A stretch of DNA of 63,949 nt, counting the filler, from a bacterium (lineage in GTDB: Bacteria > JAMORN01): assembly GCA_027063545.1 (NCBI GenBank). It is 8 parts of 8 records of this genome, joined end to end, with 100 filler letters (N's around TTAATTAATTAA, not from the genome) between each part and the next. Parts side by side here need not be neighbours in the genome. Positions count along the whole stretch, not along the records: positions 24,736 to 32,767 come from JAMORN010000125.1; positions 32,868 to 40,376 come from JAMORN010000126.1; positions 40,477 to 48,480 come from JAMORN010000127.1; 5 more parts are not named here. The stretch is one strand, 5' to 3'. Within the stretch, counting starts at the first letter, position 1; every line of letters starts with the position of its first letter. Shown here in pieces: positions 30,997 through 42,083 of this stretch. The position numbers and the translations under genes were made by a program. Below the pieces are notes generated by a model. The model made no database searches. It was not told where the DNA came from and worked only from the letters and a program-made list of their open reading frames with translations.

Positions 30997-32767
30997 TTAC
31001 TCCCATTCTATAGTTCCAGGAGGTTTATTTGTTATATCATAGAATATTCCACTAACATATTCTTTAATATTATCAATAATCTCTTCTAGAATATCCCATT
31101 GCATTTTATAAAATTCTGCTGTCATTGCTTCTTTTGATAGAACAGGCCTCAAAATAGCTATTTCTTTTTCAGTATCATTTATAAAAAGAGGAACAAGTAC
31201 TACAGGCATTTGCCATATGTCATAATAAATACCTCTTTTTTCTAAAATGTTATGTGCGATATAGTCTATTTCTCTTAATAGTTCCAGCCTCTCCTTGGTA
31301 ATATAAGAAGGTTTAACTCTTAAAGATCTTATTTCATTAGGATATAATGTTAATATTACTCTATTTATATACTGATACTTATTAGTGAGATTACTAGAAA
31401 CTTCTTCTAATTTATTCCAATCTTTTGTATCAGTTATTAATGCAAAGGGATGAGCATATGTTCTATAATCACCTTGGACTCCTACAGATTTAATAGGTAG
31501 TACTTTACCATAAAAGTTTTTAGGAAGAGTATCTATAATTTCTTTTTCTTTAGAAGGATCAACCTTGAATTCTTCTTTTAAACATAAAACCCTAACTCCA
31601 AGCCCTGGTCCAGGGAAAGGATGACGCCAAACTAAATGTTTAGGAAGCCCTAAAAGTTCTCCTAATTTTCTAACTTCATCTTTATATAATTCTTTTAAAG
31701 GTTCTATTATTTTACCTTGTTCTATTAATTCTAGAATTTTATCAACTCTATTATGGTGAGTTTTTATAATAGCCGCATTCTTAGTCCCACCACTTTCTAT
31801 GGTATCAGGATAAATAGTCCCTTGAGCCAGGATAAAATCATCAGGATTAATATTGAACTCTTCAGATATTTCATCGTTCACATCCAAAAAGAGTCTTCCT
31901 ATTATTTTTCTCTTTTCTTCAGGATCATAAATTTCTTTTAATGATTCCAAAAATTTTTTCTCATAATTTTTTATTATTAAATTAGAAAAATTATGTTCTT
32001 TTAAATATTCTTCTATTTCAGCAGTTTCATTTTTTCTCATTAATCCTGTGTCCACATGAACACCAATCACATTATCATCTCCAAGAACATTTTTTAAAAG
32101 AGCAAAAGCAACAGTACTATCAACGCCTCCAGAAACTAAAAGAAAAACTTTTTTATTCCCTACCTTTTGTTTTATTTCCTCTTGTATTTCTTTATAAAAT
32201 TTTTCAATACTCCATGTTCTTTTTGCTTTTGTTAGTTTAACAAAATTATCTAAAATTTTTATACCATTAATAGTGTGGGTTACTTCAGGATGAAATTGAA
32301 GTCCATATATATTTCTTTTTATATCTCCTATAATTGCTGTTTTACAATCAGAGGAAGACCCAATTAATTCAAAACCCTCAGGAAGTTTATCAACCTCATC
32401 TCCATGGCTCATCCAAACAACTTCTTTTTCGTTTAATCCTTCTGTTAGAGGAGTTTTTTTGTATATTTCTACGATAGCTTTGCCATATTCATGCACATTA
32501 CCTCTTTTTACAGCTCCTCCGAGTTCGTAAGATAAAAGTTGATGTCCATAACATATTCCCAATATAGGAATATTAATAGTTCCATTTTTTATATCTTTAA
32601 ATAATTTTTCATTAAATTTTGGTCTATTTTTATCATAAACAGAAGCTGGACCTCCAGATAATATAATCCCCTTTATATAAGGTTCTAAAGAAAATTTTTC
32701 TTCAGGATTTTTAATTTCAGTATAAACACCTAATCTTCTTATTCTATTTGAGATTAAATGGGTATAT
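30997..32767 (-). CDS. guaA: GMP synthase (glutamine-hydrolysing), 5'-truncated
   Basis: Frame open to the fragment end (GIILSGGPASVY upstream of the track ORF); GICYGHQ, QFHPEV, SGGVDS, HPFPGPGL, KPPGTIEWE. Confidence 0.96.
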
Positions 32768-32867
32768 NNNNNNNNNNNNNNNNNNNNNNNNNNNNNNNNN
32801 NNNNNNNNNNNTTAATTAATTAANNNNNNNNNNNNNNNNNNNNNNNNNNNNNNNNNNNNNNNNNNNN
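32768..32867. other. Artificial contig linker
   Basis: N44-TTAATTAATTAA-N44. Confidence 0.97.
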
Positions 32868-33742
32868 GTCAATAGGTGTCTTACTAAAATTGCATCTCCT
32901 ATTGCATATATACTATCAATATTTGTTCTAAATTTATGGTCTACAATTATACCATCTTTATATCCTATTTCTACCCCTATTTTTTTAGCCAAATCAGAGT
33001 TTGCACTAACACCCATTGCTATAATTAAAATATCAATATCATATACATTATCTTTATCATCAACCACTGATTTAATTCTATTATTTTCAATCTTTATATC
33101 TTTAATTTCTGTAGATAAATGAATATTAATTCCATTTGATTCTAAAAGTTTTTGAAGATCACTTCTAACAGATTCTGTTAAAAATGGAAATATTTTATCT
33201 TGCTTTTCAAAGACGTCAACTTCTATTCCTAACTCTTTAAAATTCTCTGCTATCTCCATTCCTATAAAACCAGCCCCTATAATACCAGCCTTTTTAGGCT
33301 TAAATTCATCTAAATAAGCTTTTATCTTATATGCATCTACTACATGTGTTAATTTAAAAACACCATCATACTTTAAAAACTCAGCAAATGGTCCTAAAAT
33401 TGGCTTAGCTCCTGTAGCTAATACTAAAATATCATAGGTTAATTCTGTAGTAATATTCTCTTTTTTTATTTTTACAATTTTTGATTTTACATCAATATCT
33501 GTTGCTTCTGTATTTGTTAAGATATTTATTCCTCTTTTTTTGAAATCTTCAACACTACCATGAATTAACGCTGATTCTGGTAATCTTCCAGATAAATAGT
33601 AAGGCGTAGGACACCCTGCCCACGCCACATATGGAGATCTTTCTATCACATAATGTTCTATTTCTTTTCCCATTAATTTATTAACTTGACTTGAAAATGT
33701 CATTCCTGCAGCACCACCACCTATAACAACTATCCTTTTCAT
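32868..33742 (-). CDS. CoA-disulfide reductase / NADH oxidase family flavoprotein, 3'-truncated
   Basis: IGGGAAG, WAGCPTPY (redox Cys), LATGA, IGAGFIGME, IYAIGD. Confidence 0.85.
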
Positions 33743-33764
33743 ATTATCTCCTTTTAATAAAATT

Positions 33765-36341
33765 TTAATTCCAAATTATAAGTCCTGGAATATACTTTTC
33801 TGTTATATAACTATCATCTGGTAATACTCTTATTTTAAATCCTATTCTTCCAGAATGCTTTAATATTATTGTTTTTGAAAATTTAAGATAATTTCCATTG
33901 TCTTCAACTAAATCCAACTTCTCTATTTCTGGATCTATTATATTATCATAATTATCTAATATTCCATAATAAGCATCTACTCTTATATACTTCTTTATAT
34001 CACTTTCACTCCTCAATTCTATTTCTACATCTATAGATAATTCATCACCTACTTTTAGTTCTTCATCATTATTCTTTTTATATACATTAACATTCTTTAT
34101 TATTATAGAACCCCAATTTTCTATTAAAATTCTTTTAATATTACTTAACTCTTTGGCTTTTTGAGCACTATTCTTTATTAAACTACTAAACTTCTTTTCT
34201 GATGATAAATAAAATCTCTCAACATACTCAGATACCATTCTATTAGTATTAAACTGAGGCGAAATTGTTCTCATAGCATTCTTCATCATTATAATCCACT
34301 TTAGTGGCAAACCATCTTCACCCCTATTATAGAATGTTGGAACAACTTCCTTTTCCAATATTTCATATAAAAGTCTTGACTCTATTTCATCTTGAAGTTC
34401 TGGGTCATCATACTCTTCACCAGAACCTATTGCCCAACCATTTTCTGTATTATAACCCTCACACCACCATCCATCTAAGATAGAAAGATTTAAGCCTCCA
34501 TTTGGAGCAACCTTCATACCACTTGTACCAGATGCCTCAAGTGGTCTTCTTGGATTATTAAGCCATACATCAACACCTTGCACCATATATCTTGCTACAT
34601 CTAAATCATAATCCTCTATAAATACTATTCTGTTTCTCAATTCTGGATTTTCCTTTATTACCTGAATTATTCTCTTTATAAACTCCTTACCCTCATTATC
34701 CCTTGGATGCGCCTTTCCTGCAAAAATAAGCTGTACAGGTCTCTCTTTATTTAATAAAATCTTTTTAAGTCTTTCTACATCTCTAAATATCAATATTGCT
34801 CTTTTATATGTAGCAAATCTTCTTGCAAATCCTATTGTTAAGGCCTCACTTGATAAAACTCCATCAGCCTGTTCTATTTCACTCTTAGGAGCTCCTCTTC
34901 TTTCAAGTTGTTTCTTTAGTCTTCTTCTTACAAATGCTACAAGTCTTTCTCTTAATCTTTCATGTGTTCTCCAAAGCTCTGAATTAGGAATTAAATTAAC
35001 CCTTTCCCATAAACTTAAATCATAAGGTTCACTTCTCCATCTTGTCCCTAAATATCTATCATATAAAATTGTCATTTCATCAGAAAGCCAAGTTGGTATA
35101 TGTATACCATTTGTTATATGCTCTATTGGAACCTCATCAACAGGAAGGCCTTTCCATATATTTTTCCACATGTTTCTTGATACTTTACCATGAAGTCTTG
35201 AAACTCCATTTGAATGAGATGATAATTTTAATGCTAAAACTGTCATACAGAAAAATTCTTGAGGATCATCTGGATTTTCTCTTCCTAAAGCAAGCATATC
35301 ATTTATTGAAATACCAAGTTCCTTAACATAATTTTCAAAATATTCATATATCATCTCTGGTGGAAATCTATCATTCCCAGCAGGTACAGGAGTATGTGTT
35401 GTGAAAACACTACTTGCAATGGTTAATTCCTTTGCCTCATTAAATGAAAGATTAAATTTTTGCATATAATATCTAATATTTTCTAATGTTAAAAAGGCAC
35501 TATGCCCTTCATTCATATGGTAAACTCTTGGCTCAAGACCTAAGGCTCTTATAGCCCTTGCTCCTCCAATTCCTAAAAGAATCTCCTGCATAATTCTCAT
35601 ATGGAGATCACCACCATAAAGCTGGGAAGTAATCTGTCTTGCCCAGTCTGGATTCTCTTTTATATTAGTATCAAGTAAATATAAAGGAACTCTACCCACT
35701 TGTATTTTCCAAATTTGAGCATAAACTTTTGTTCCTTTTATGTCTATATCAATCTTTATAGGTTCTCCATTTTTATCTTTAACTAGCATTACCGGCATTG
35801 TATGAAAATCATTTTGGGGATAAACCTCTTGTTGCCAACCTTCTTCATTTAAATATTGTTGGAAATATCCATGATAATATAAAAGCCCAACACCTGCCAA
35901 AGGAATACCTAAATCAGAAGCACTCTTTAAATGATCCCCTGCTAAAATTCCTAACCCTCCAGAATATATAGGCAATGATTCATGAATACCAAACTCCATA
36001 CTAAAATAAACAAATCTTACCCTATTCTTTTCATGACCATGAGCCCCCTCAAACCACCCTTCACTACCCATATAGTCATTTAATTCCTTATAAACTCTAT
36101 CCATGTGGTCTAAAAAACTCTCACTGTGAAGAAGCTCATTTAATCTTTCTTGAGACACAATACTTAAAAGTTTTACAGGATTATGATTTACTTCCTCCCA
36201 TAGTACTCTATCAATTCTTCTAAATAATTCTATAGCTTCAGGATTCCAACTCCACCATAAATTATATGCTATCTTCATTAAAGGTTCTAATCTTTCTGGT
36301 AAAACTGGCTTTACGGTAAAAATTTTCATTCCATTACTCAT
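33765..36341 (-). CDS. glgP: Alpha-glucan phosphorylase
   Basis: YFSMEFG, YSGGLG, HMNEGH, FARRFATYKR, EASGTSGMK. Confidence 0.96.
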   Translation of the reverse strand: MSNGMKIFTVKPVLPERLEPLMKIAYNLWWSWNPEAIELFRRIDRVLWEEVNHNPVKLLSIVSQERLNELLHSESFLDHMDRVYKELNDYMGSEGWFEGAHGHEKNRVRFVYFSMEFGIHESLPIYSGGLGILAGDHLKSASDLGIPLAGVGLLYYHGYFQQYLNEEGWQQEVYPQNDFHTMPVMLVKDKNGEPIKIDIDIKGTKVYAQIWKIQVGRVPLYLLDTNIKENPDWARQITSQLYGGDLHMRIMQEILLGIGGARAIRALGLEPRVYHMNEGHSAFLTLENIRYYMQKFNLSFNEAKELTIASSVFTTHTPVPAGNDRFPPEMIYEYFENYVKELGISINDMLALGRENPDDPQEFFCMTVLALKLSSHSNGVSRLHGKVSRNMWKNIWKGLPVDEVPIEHITNGIHIPTWLSDEMTILYDRYLGTRWRSEPYDLSLWERVNLIPNSELWRTHERLRERLVAFVRRRLKKQLERRGAPKSEIEQADGVLSSEALTIGFARRFATYKRAILIFRDVERLKKILLNKERPVQLIFAGKAHPRDNEGKEFIKRIIQVIKENPELRNRIVFIEDYDLDVARYMVQGVDVWLNNPRRPLEASGTSGMKVAPNGGLNLSILDGWWCEGYNTENGWAIGSGEEYDDPELQDEIESRLLYEILEKEVVPTFYNRGEDGLPLKWIIMMKNAMRTISPQFNTNRMVSEYVERFYLSSEKKFSSLIKNSAQKAKELSNIKRILIENWGSIIIKNVNVYKKNNDEELKVGDELSIDVEIELRSESDIKKYIRVDAYYGILDNYDNIIDPEIEKLDLVEDNGNYLKFSKTIILKHSGRIGFKIRVLPDDSYITEKYIPGLIIWN

Positions 36342-36355
36342 ATGATCTCCTTTTT

Positions 36356-37708
36356 TTATTCATAGTTAAACTCTGTTTCTTCTAGAAATTTTGTTGTATA
36401 TATACCTGATTTAAATATTTCATTATCAACCATTTTTAAATGAAAAGGTATTGTAGTTTTTATTCCATCTATAACAAACTCTTCTAAAGCTCTCTTTCCT
36501 CTAATTAAAGCTTCCTTTCTATCTTTACCATGAACAATAAGTTTTGCAATCATTGAATCATAGAAAGGTGGTATCATATAACCACCATATACATGTGTGT
36601 CCACTCTTATTCCTGGGCCTCCTGGAGGATGAAAAATTTCTACTCTTCCCGGAGAAGGTCTAAAATCATTAGCAGGATCCTCTGCATTTATTCTAAACTC
36701 TATTGCATGTCCATTTATCTTTATATCTTCTTGAGTAAAAGATAGCCTTTCTCCACTTGCAACTAAAATCATTTCTTTAATCAAATCAACACCTGTCACC
36801 ATCTCTGTAACAGGATGCTCAACCTGAATTCTTGTATTTACCTCCATGAAATATACTTCACCTGTTTCCATATCCATTAAAAACTCCATTGTCCCTGCGC
36901 TATCATAACCTATTGCTTTTGCACCCTTTACTGCATAAGAAGCTATCTTCTCTCTTTGTTCACTAGTTAAAATAGGAGATGGAGACTCTTCTATTAATTT
37001 TTGGTGTCTTCTTTGAATTGTACAATCCCTTTCATATAAATGAATAACGTTACCATGTTTATCGCCCATAAGCTGTATTTCAATATGACGTGGTTTTTCT
37101 ATATATTTCTCTATATAAACATCCGGATTTCCAAATGCTTTTTCAGCTTCTGTTCTTGCCATAACAAAAAGTTTTTCTAATTCTTTATCATCTCTAGCAA
37201 CTCTCATTCCTTTCCCGCCACCACCAGCTGTAGCCTTAATTATAACAGGATAGCCAAATTCATTTGCAATTCTTTTTGCCTCTTCTATATCCCTTATAAT
37301 TCCTTCGGAACCTGGTGTAACTGGCACTCCAGCTTCTTTCATTAATTTCTTTGCTGTTGCTTTATCTCCTAATTTTTCTATAATATCAGGATTCGGTCCT
37401 ACCCAAATAAATCCTGCATCAATAACCATTCTTGCAAATGTAGCATTCTCTGATAAAAATCCATATCCCGGATGAATTGCATCTGCTCCTGTAATCTCAG
37501 CAGCAGCAATTATTGCATTCATATTTAAATAAGAACCTGAGGACTGAGCTGGACCTATACAAATATCCTCGTCAGCAAAATGAACATGTAAAGAATCTTT
37601 ATCCCTTTCGGAATATACTGCAACTGTTTTTATTCCTAATTCCTTTGCAGCCCTTATAATTCTTAAAGCAATCTCGCCTCTATTAGCAATTAATAATTTT
37701 TTTATCAA
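36356..37708 (-). CDS. accC: Biotin carboxylase
   Basis: [45 protein letters not shown]. Confidence 0.96.
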   Translation of the reverse strand: MIKKLLIANRGEIALRIIRAAKELGIKTVAVYSERDKDSLHVHFADEDICIGPAQSSGSYLNMNAIIAAAEITGADAIHPGYGFLSENATFARMVIDAGFIWVGPNPDIIEKLGDKATAKKLMKEAGVPVTPGSEGIIRDIEEAKRIANEFGYPVIIKATAGGGGKGMRVARDDKELEKLFVMARTEAEKAFGNPDVYIEKYIEKPRHIEIQLMGDKHGNVIHLYERDCTIQRRHQKLIEESPSPILTSEQREKIASYAVKGAKAIGYDSAGTMEFLMDMETGEVYFMEVNTRIQVEHPVTEMVTGVDLIKEMILVASGERLSFTQEDIKINGHAIEFRINAEDPANDFRPSPGRVEIFHPPGGPGIRVDTHVYGGYMIPPFYDSMIAKLIVHGKDRKEALIRGKRALEEFVIDGIKTTIPFHLKMVDNEIFKSGIYTTKFLEETEFNYE

Positions 37709-37729
37709 ATCTCCCTCCTAATTTTCTAT

Positions 37730-38821
37730 TTACCATTTTCTACTAGAAGTATCTTCTATACCCTCTAATTTTAATTTAAAATCTTCTGGATTATTCACAT
37801 TATCTAAAGCTGTTTCTATAGAAATCTTTCCTGATTTTACTAATTCTAATATATGTTGATCAAAAGATTGTGTTTGATATTGCATTCTACCTTCTTCAAT
37901 TACTTGTTCTATTAAAGGAGTTTTTTCTGGATCTAATATATACTCTTTTATTGTCGCTGTACTTCTTAATATTTCAACAGCAGGAATAATACCTTGTTTA
38001 TCTGCCCTAGGGAGTAATCTCTGAGATATTACTGCTACTAAAGTACCGGATAATAAAAGTCTAATTTGGTCATGTTGATGAGGAGGGAAAAAAGATATTA
38101 TTCTAGATATTGTTTCTACAGCATTCAATGTATGTAATGTACTCATAACTAAATGTCCTGTATCAGCAGCCTGTAATGCTAATAGCATTGTCTCTCTATC
38201 TCTAATCTCACCTATAAGTATAACATCAGGGTCTTGTCTCAACGCCTGTTTTAAAGCAGTATAATAACTTTCGGTGTCTGTACCTACCTCTCTTTGAGAT
38301 ATAAGACTCTTTTTATCTTTATGTAAATATTCTATTGGATCCTCTATGGTTATAATATTTTTTGAAGCATTTTGATTAACATAATCAATCATAGCAGCCA
38401 AAGTTGTAGATTTACCAGATCCGGTTGTACCAGTAACTAAGATAAGACCTCTTGGAGCCATTGCTATCTCTTTTATAACAGGAGGAAGATTTAAACTTTC
38501 AAAATCTGGAACCGTTGTCATTATTCTTCTTATAGCAACAGCCATCGTCCCCCTTTGAAAATAACAATTTATACGGAATCTTCCTATCTTAGAAATGCCT
38601 ATACCTAAATCTATTTCTTTATTTTTTATAAATTCTTTATATTTATCTTCTCCCAATAAATAAGCTACTATTTCATCCATTTGTGACACTGTTATTGGAT
38701 CTCCTTTTATAGGAACTAATTTAGAATGTAATCTAAAAAAAGGAGGTCTACCCACTCTTAAATGTAAATCAGTTGCTGAAATTTCTATCATTTTTTGCAG
38801 AAGCTTTTTAATATATTCCAT
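37730..38821 (-). CDS. pilT: PilT/PilU family type IV pilus retraction ATPase
   Basis: GTTGSGKST, TIEDPIE, QREVG, ALRQDPDVILIGEIRD, TGHLVMSTLH. Confidence 0.88.
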   Translation of the reverse strand: MEYIKKLLQKMIEISATDLHLRVGRPPFFRLHSKLVPIKGDPITVSQMDEIVAYLLGEDKYKEFIKNKEIDLGIGISKIGRFRINCYFQRGTMAVAIRRIMTTVPDFESLNLPPVIKEIAMAPRGLILVTGTTGSGKSTTLAAMIDYVNQNASKNIITIEDPIEYLHKDKKSLISQREVGTDTESYYTALKQALRQDPDVILIGEIRDRETMLLALQAADTGHLVMSTLHTLNAVETISRIISFFPPHQHDQIRLLLSGTLVAVISQRLLPRADKQGIIPAVEILRSTATIKEYILDPEKTPLIEQVIEEGRMQYQTQSFDQHILELVKSGKISIETALDNVNNPEDFKLKLEGIEDTSSRKW

Positions 38822-38843
38822 AAACTAAGCCTCTTATTATATT

Positions 38844-39332
38844 TTACATAGGTTCTACTAAAAATAAAGGTTGACCATATTCAACTGGTTGGCCATTTTC
38901 AACTAATACTTTAACAATTTTTCCTTTAACTTCTGCTTTAATCTCATTAAATAATTTCATTGCCTCTATAATACATACTACAGTATCAGGATTTACAATA
39001 TCTCCTTCTTTCACATAAGGTTCAGCATCAGGAGATGGTGCTCTATAAAATGTCCCAACCATAGGTGCTTTAATTTCTATATAATTATCTAAAGATACAT
39101 CTTGAGAAGGAGTTTTCTGGTGAGGTTGTGATACTTGTTGGGATGATTGTGATGTTATATCATGTATCTGTTGAGGAATAATTGGTTGAGAAATTCCTTG
39201 GGTTAATTGTAAATTTTCAATCTTTGGTTGTTTTACTAAATGCAGTTCAAATTCACCTTCTTTTATTTTTAATTCATTTAAATTGCTTTTTTCTAATATT
39301 TTTACTAACTCTCTTATTGCCTTAACATCCAT
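38844..39332 (-). CDS. accB: Biotin carboxyl carrier protein
   Basis: [21 protein letters not shown]. Confidence 0.96.
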   Translation of the reverse strand: MDVKAIRELVKILEKSNLNELKIKEGEFELHLVKQPKIENLQLTQGISQPIIPQQIHDITSQSSQQVSQPHQKTPSQDVSLDNYIEIKAPMVGTFYRAPSPDAEPYVKEGDIVNPDTVVCIIEAMKLFNEIKAEVKGKIVKVLVENGQPVEYGQPLFLVEPM

Positions 39333-39378
39333 GGGAACCTCTCTTTTTTTATTTTAATTATTTAAAACTAAAATAAAA

Positions 39379-39942
39379 TTATTTATTTACTCTTTCAACA
39401 TATTTACCTGTCCTAGTATCTATTCTTATTGTTTCTCCTTCTTCAATAAATAAAGGCACTTGTACCACTAATCCTGTCTCTAAAGTGGCTGGTTTTGTAG
39501 CAGAAGTTGCTGTATCACCTTTAACCCCAGGCTCTGTTTCTACTACCTTTAAATCTACAAAAAATGGTAATTCAATTGCTATAACATTTCCTTCATAGAT
39601 TAAAGCATCAACTTCAATGTTTTCCTTCATAAATTTTATCATATCTCCTAAATCATCTATAGCCATTTGGTATTGATCATAAGTCTCCACATCCATTAAT
39701 GTAATAAAACTTCCATCATTATACAAATATTGCATTTTTCTTTTTTCAACATCAACATCATCAATTGTATCTGATGCTTTCCAAGTATTTTCAATAACAG
39801 CACCTGTTTTTATATTTTTCAACTTACATCTCGCAAAAGCTGAACCTTTTCCTGGTTTTACATGTTCAACTTGAGTAATTACATATAAATCTCCTTTAAA
39901 TCTTACCACCATTCCTGTTTTCAAATCATTAAGCTGTGCCAT
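39379..39942 (-). CDS. efp: Elongation factor P
   Basis: HVKPGKG, KGDTA, KPATLETG, VPLFI, DTRTG. Confidence 0.97.
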   Translation of the reverse strand: MAQLNDLKTGMVVRFKGDLYVITQVEHVKPGKGSAFARCKLKNIKTGAVIENTWKASDTIDDVDVEKRKMQYLYNDGSFITLMDVETYDQYQMAIDDLGDMIKFMKENIEVDALIYEGNVIAIELPFFVDLKVVETEPGVKGDTATSATKPATLETGLVVQVPLFIEEGETIRIDTRTGKYVERVNK

Positions 39943-39980
39943 CCTCTATTCTCCTTTATTTGTAGGTTTATATTTTAATA

Positions 39981-40376
39981 TTATAATATTATTAATTCTT
40001 CTTGAAACTTATTTAACTTAAATAATTTTTTGTCTTCTAAAATATACATATTTTCTATTCTAATACCACCAAAATTTTCTTTATATAAACCCGGTTCTAT
40101 TGTGAAAACTGTATTATCAACTATCTTTTCACTAACCTTTTCACTAATATAGGGCCTTTCATGTATATCTATTCCAACTCCATGTCCTAATGAGTGTAAA
40201 AAATAATCTTTCTTACCAAATTTATCAAAATAGTTTATTACTTCTATATGTAAATTCCTAAAATCATCATATTTTTCTATACTATTTTCAGCTACTTTCA
40301 ATGCTCCCAATACAATATTATACCACTCTTTCTGAGATTCATTTGCCATATTATATACGAATGTTCTTGTCATATC
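39981..40376 (-). CDS. M24 Xaa-Pro peptidase, 5'-truncated
   Basis: DMTRT, HSLGHGVGIDIHE, TIEPG, GIRIE. Confidence 0.9.
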   Translation of the reverse strand, partial: DMTRTFVYNMANESQKEWYNIVLGALKVAENSIEKYDDFRNLHIEVINYFDKFGKKDYFLHSLGHGVGIDIHERPYISEKVSEKIVDNTVFTIEPGLYKENFGGIRIENMYILEDKKLFKLNKFQEELIIL

Positions 40377-40476
40377 NNNNNNNNNNNNNNNNNNNNNNNN
40401 NNNNNNNNNNNNNNNNNNNNTTAATTAATTAANNNNNNNNNNNNNNNNNNNNNNNNNNNNNNNNNNNNNNNNNNNN
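40377..40476. other. Artificial contig linker
   Basis: N44-TTAATTAATTAA-N44. Confidence 0.97.
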
Positions 40477-42082
40477 GGTAGGGGTGTTTTCTCCGCTTGA
40501 TGTAGGAGGTTTTTTAAATCCAAATAGTTTAGGAATTTCTACTCCATATTTAGATGCTTGGAATAGATATTATTTAGGTTGGTGTGATACTAATTTTATA
40601 GTAACAAATGATAGTTTATATGTTTTGGATACTAATAAGGTTGGGGTTATAGATATAAATAATAAAGAGTTTTATTTAATTTCTTATAGAAAAAGACCTA
40701 AAAGCATAAAAATATATTATAGGGAGAATTCTTTAGATCCAATAGAAAAAGAGATAACAATTAAAGGTAGTGTGGATAATTTATTAGAGAATTTTACAAA
40801 TGGTAATTTTAAGGGGATAATTACTAAAGTAGAAGGCTATGATTGGATTCTACCTTCATCTGGAGGATTGGTTTGGTATGTAAATAGGGATATAATAAAC
40901 AAATACTTTACAGAGGATAGAATTAATACAGAAGAGTTTTCTGGTATAAATGGGGTTGAACTAATAGAACAAGATAGAAATCAGTCTATTGGATATGATG
41001 AGTATTATAATTTTTACGGAGAGAAGGTTTTTGATTATGGAACAGAAGATGATATGTTTTCTTTAGGGGATTCTATCTCTTTAATTTCATTTTTATATGA
41101 TAAATTTATAGATACAAAAATATTTTTTTATAAACTGTTTGATGATTCTATTCTAGTATATAGAAGTTCATATTTTAAATCTTATATAGATTTTTCAGAT
41201 ACTTTATTTAATTATAGTTATAATAAAAATTTAAATGATTCTGTAATAAATTTTTATATAAATGGCGAGGAATATTATCTTAGACTATTTGATAAGAAAA
41301 TTTATAATAGTTTTATAGATGATACTTTATATTTAAATAGTTTTATAAAAAAGGTTTTATTAATAAAGGATAAAAAATTGCCCCTTTTTAATATTTTGGT
41401 TCTTTTAGTAAATGGGAATTTAAATCTTTACTCTATAAATAACAATGATGTATTGGTAGATAATGTGTTAGATGATAAAGAAGTAAAAGATATATTTATA
41501 GGTAAAAAAGAAAATTCAGATTATGTTATAATATTGGGTGAAGACTATCTTGACCTTAGAAGTTCAAATTTTTCTAAACTTTACATAACAGAAGGATATT
41601 TTTCTTTGACAAAAACATTTTCTCCTTTTCCATTATATCTTGATAGTATAGCTATTATTGATAGTTTTTATGTGGGGAAAAATTACTTTATTTTCAAAGA
41701 GGATAGTTTATATTTAAAGGTAGATTTATCTTTATTCTTAGATTCAATTTTTCTTTATAAAATCTATAGTATTGAAGACAATAATCAAAGTATTTCTATT
41801 GATAAATTTTTTGTTTTACCAAATCCTATAAAAAGATCAAAGGTTAATAGAATAAAATTTTTCTATTCTTTAACCCAAAAACCTACAAAAGTAAATATAG
41901 TGATATATAATTTAGAACCTAAAAAAGTTTTAACCCTTTCTGATATTCCAGCAAATATTGGATATAATACCTATATTCTTCCAATAAATTCTTTAAAAAA
42001 CGATTTATATATTGCAAAAATAGTTGTATATTATAATAATTATAAAATTGAAAAAAATACAAAATTTGTTATAATAAAATAA
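40477..42082 (+). CDS. Secreted M6-like metalloprotease C-terminal part with T9SS-CTD-like tail, 5'-truncated
   Basis: DVGG...LDAWNRYYLGW, EFYLISYR, GGLVWYV and GVELIEQD resemble M6 peptidases. The tail VLPNP...LYIAKI...TKFVIIK resembles a T9SS C-terminal domain. Confidence 0.6.
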
Positions 42083-42083
42083 C

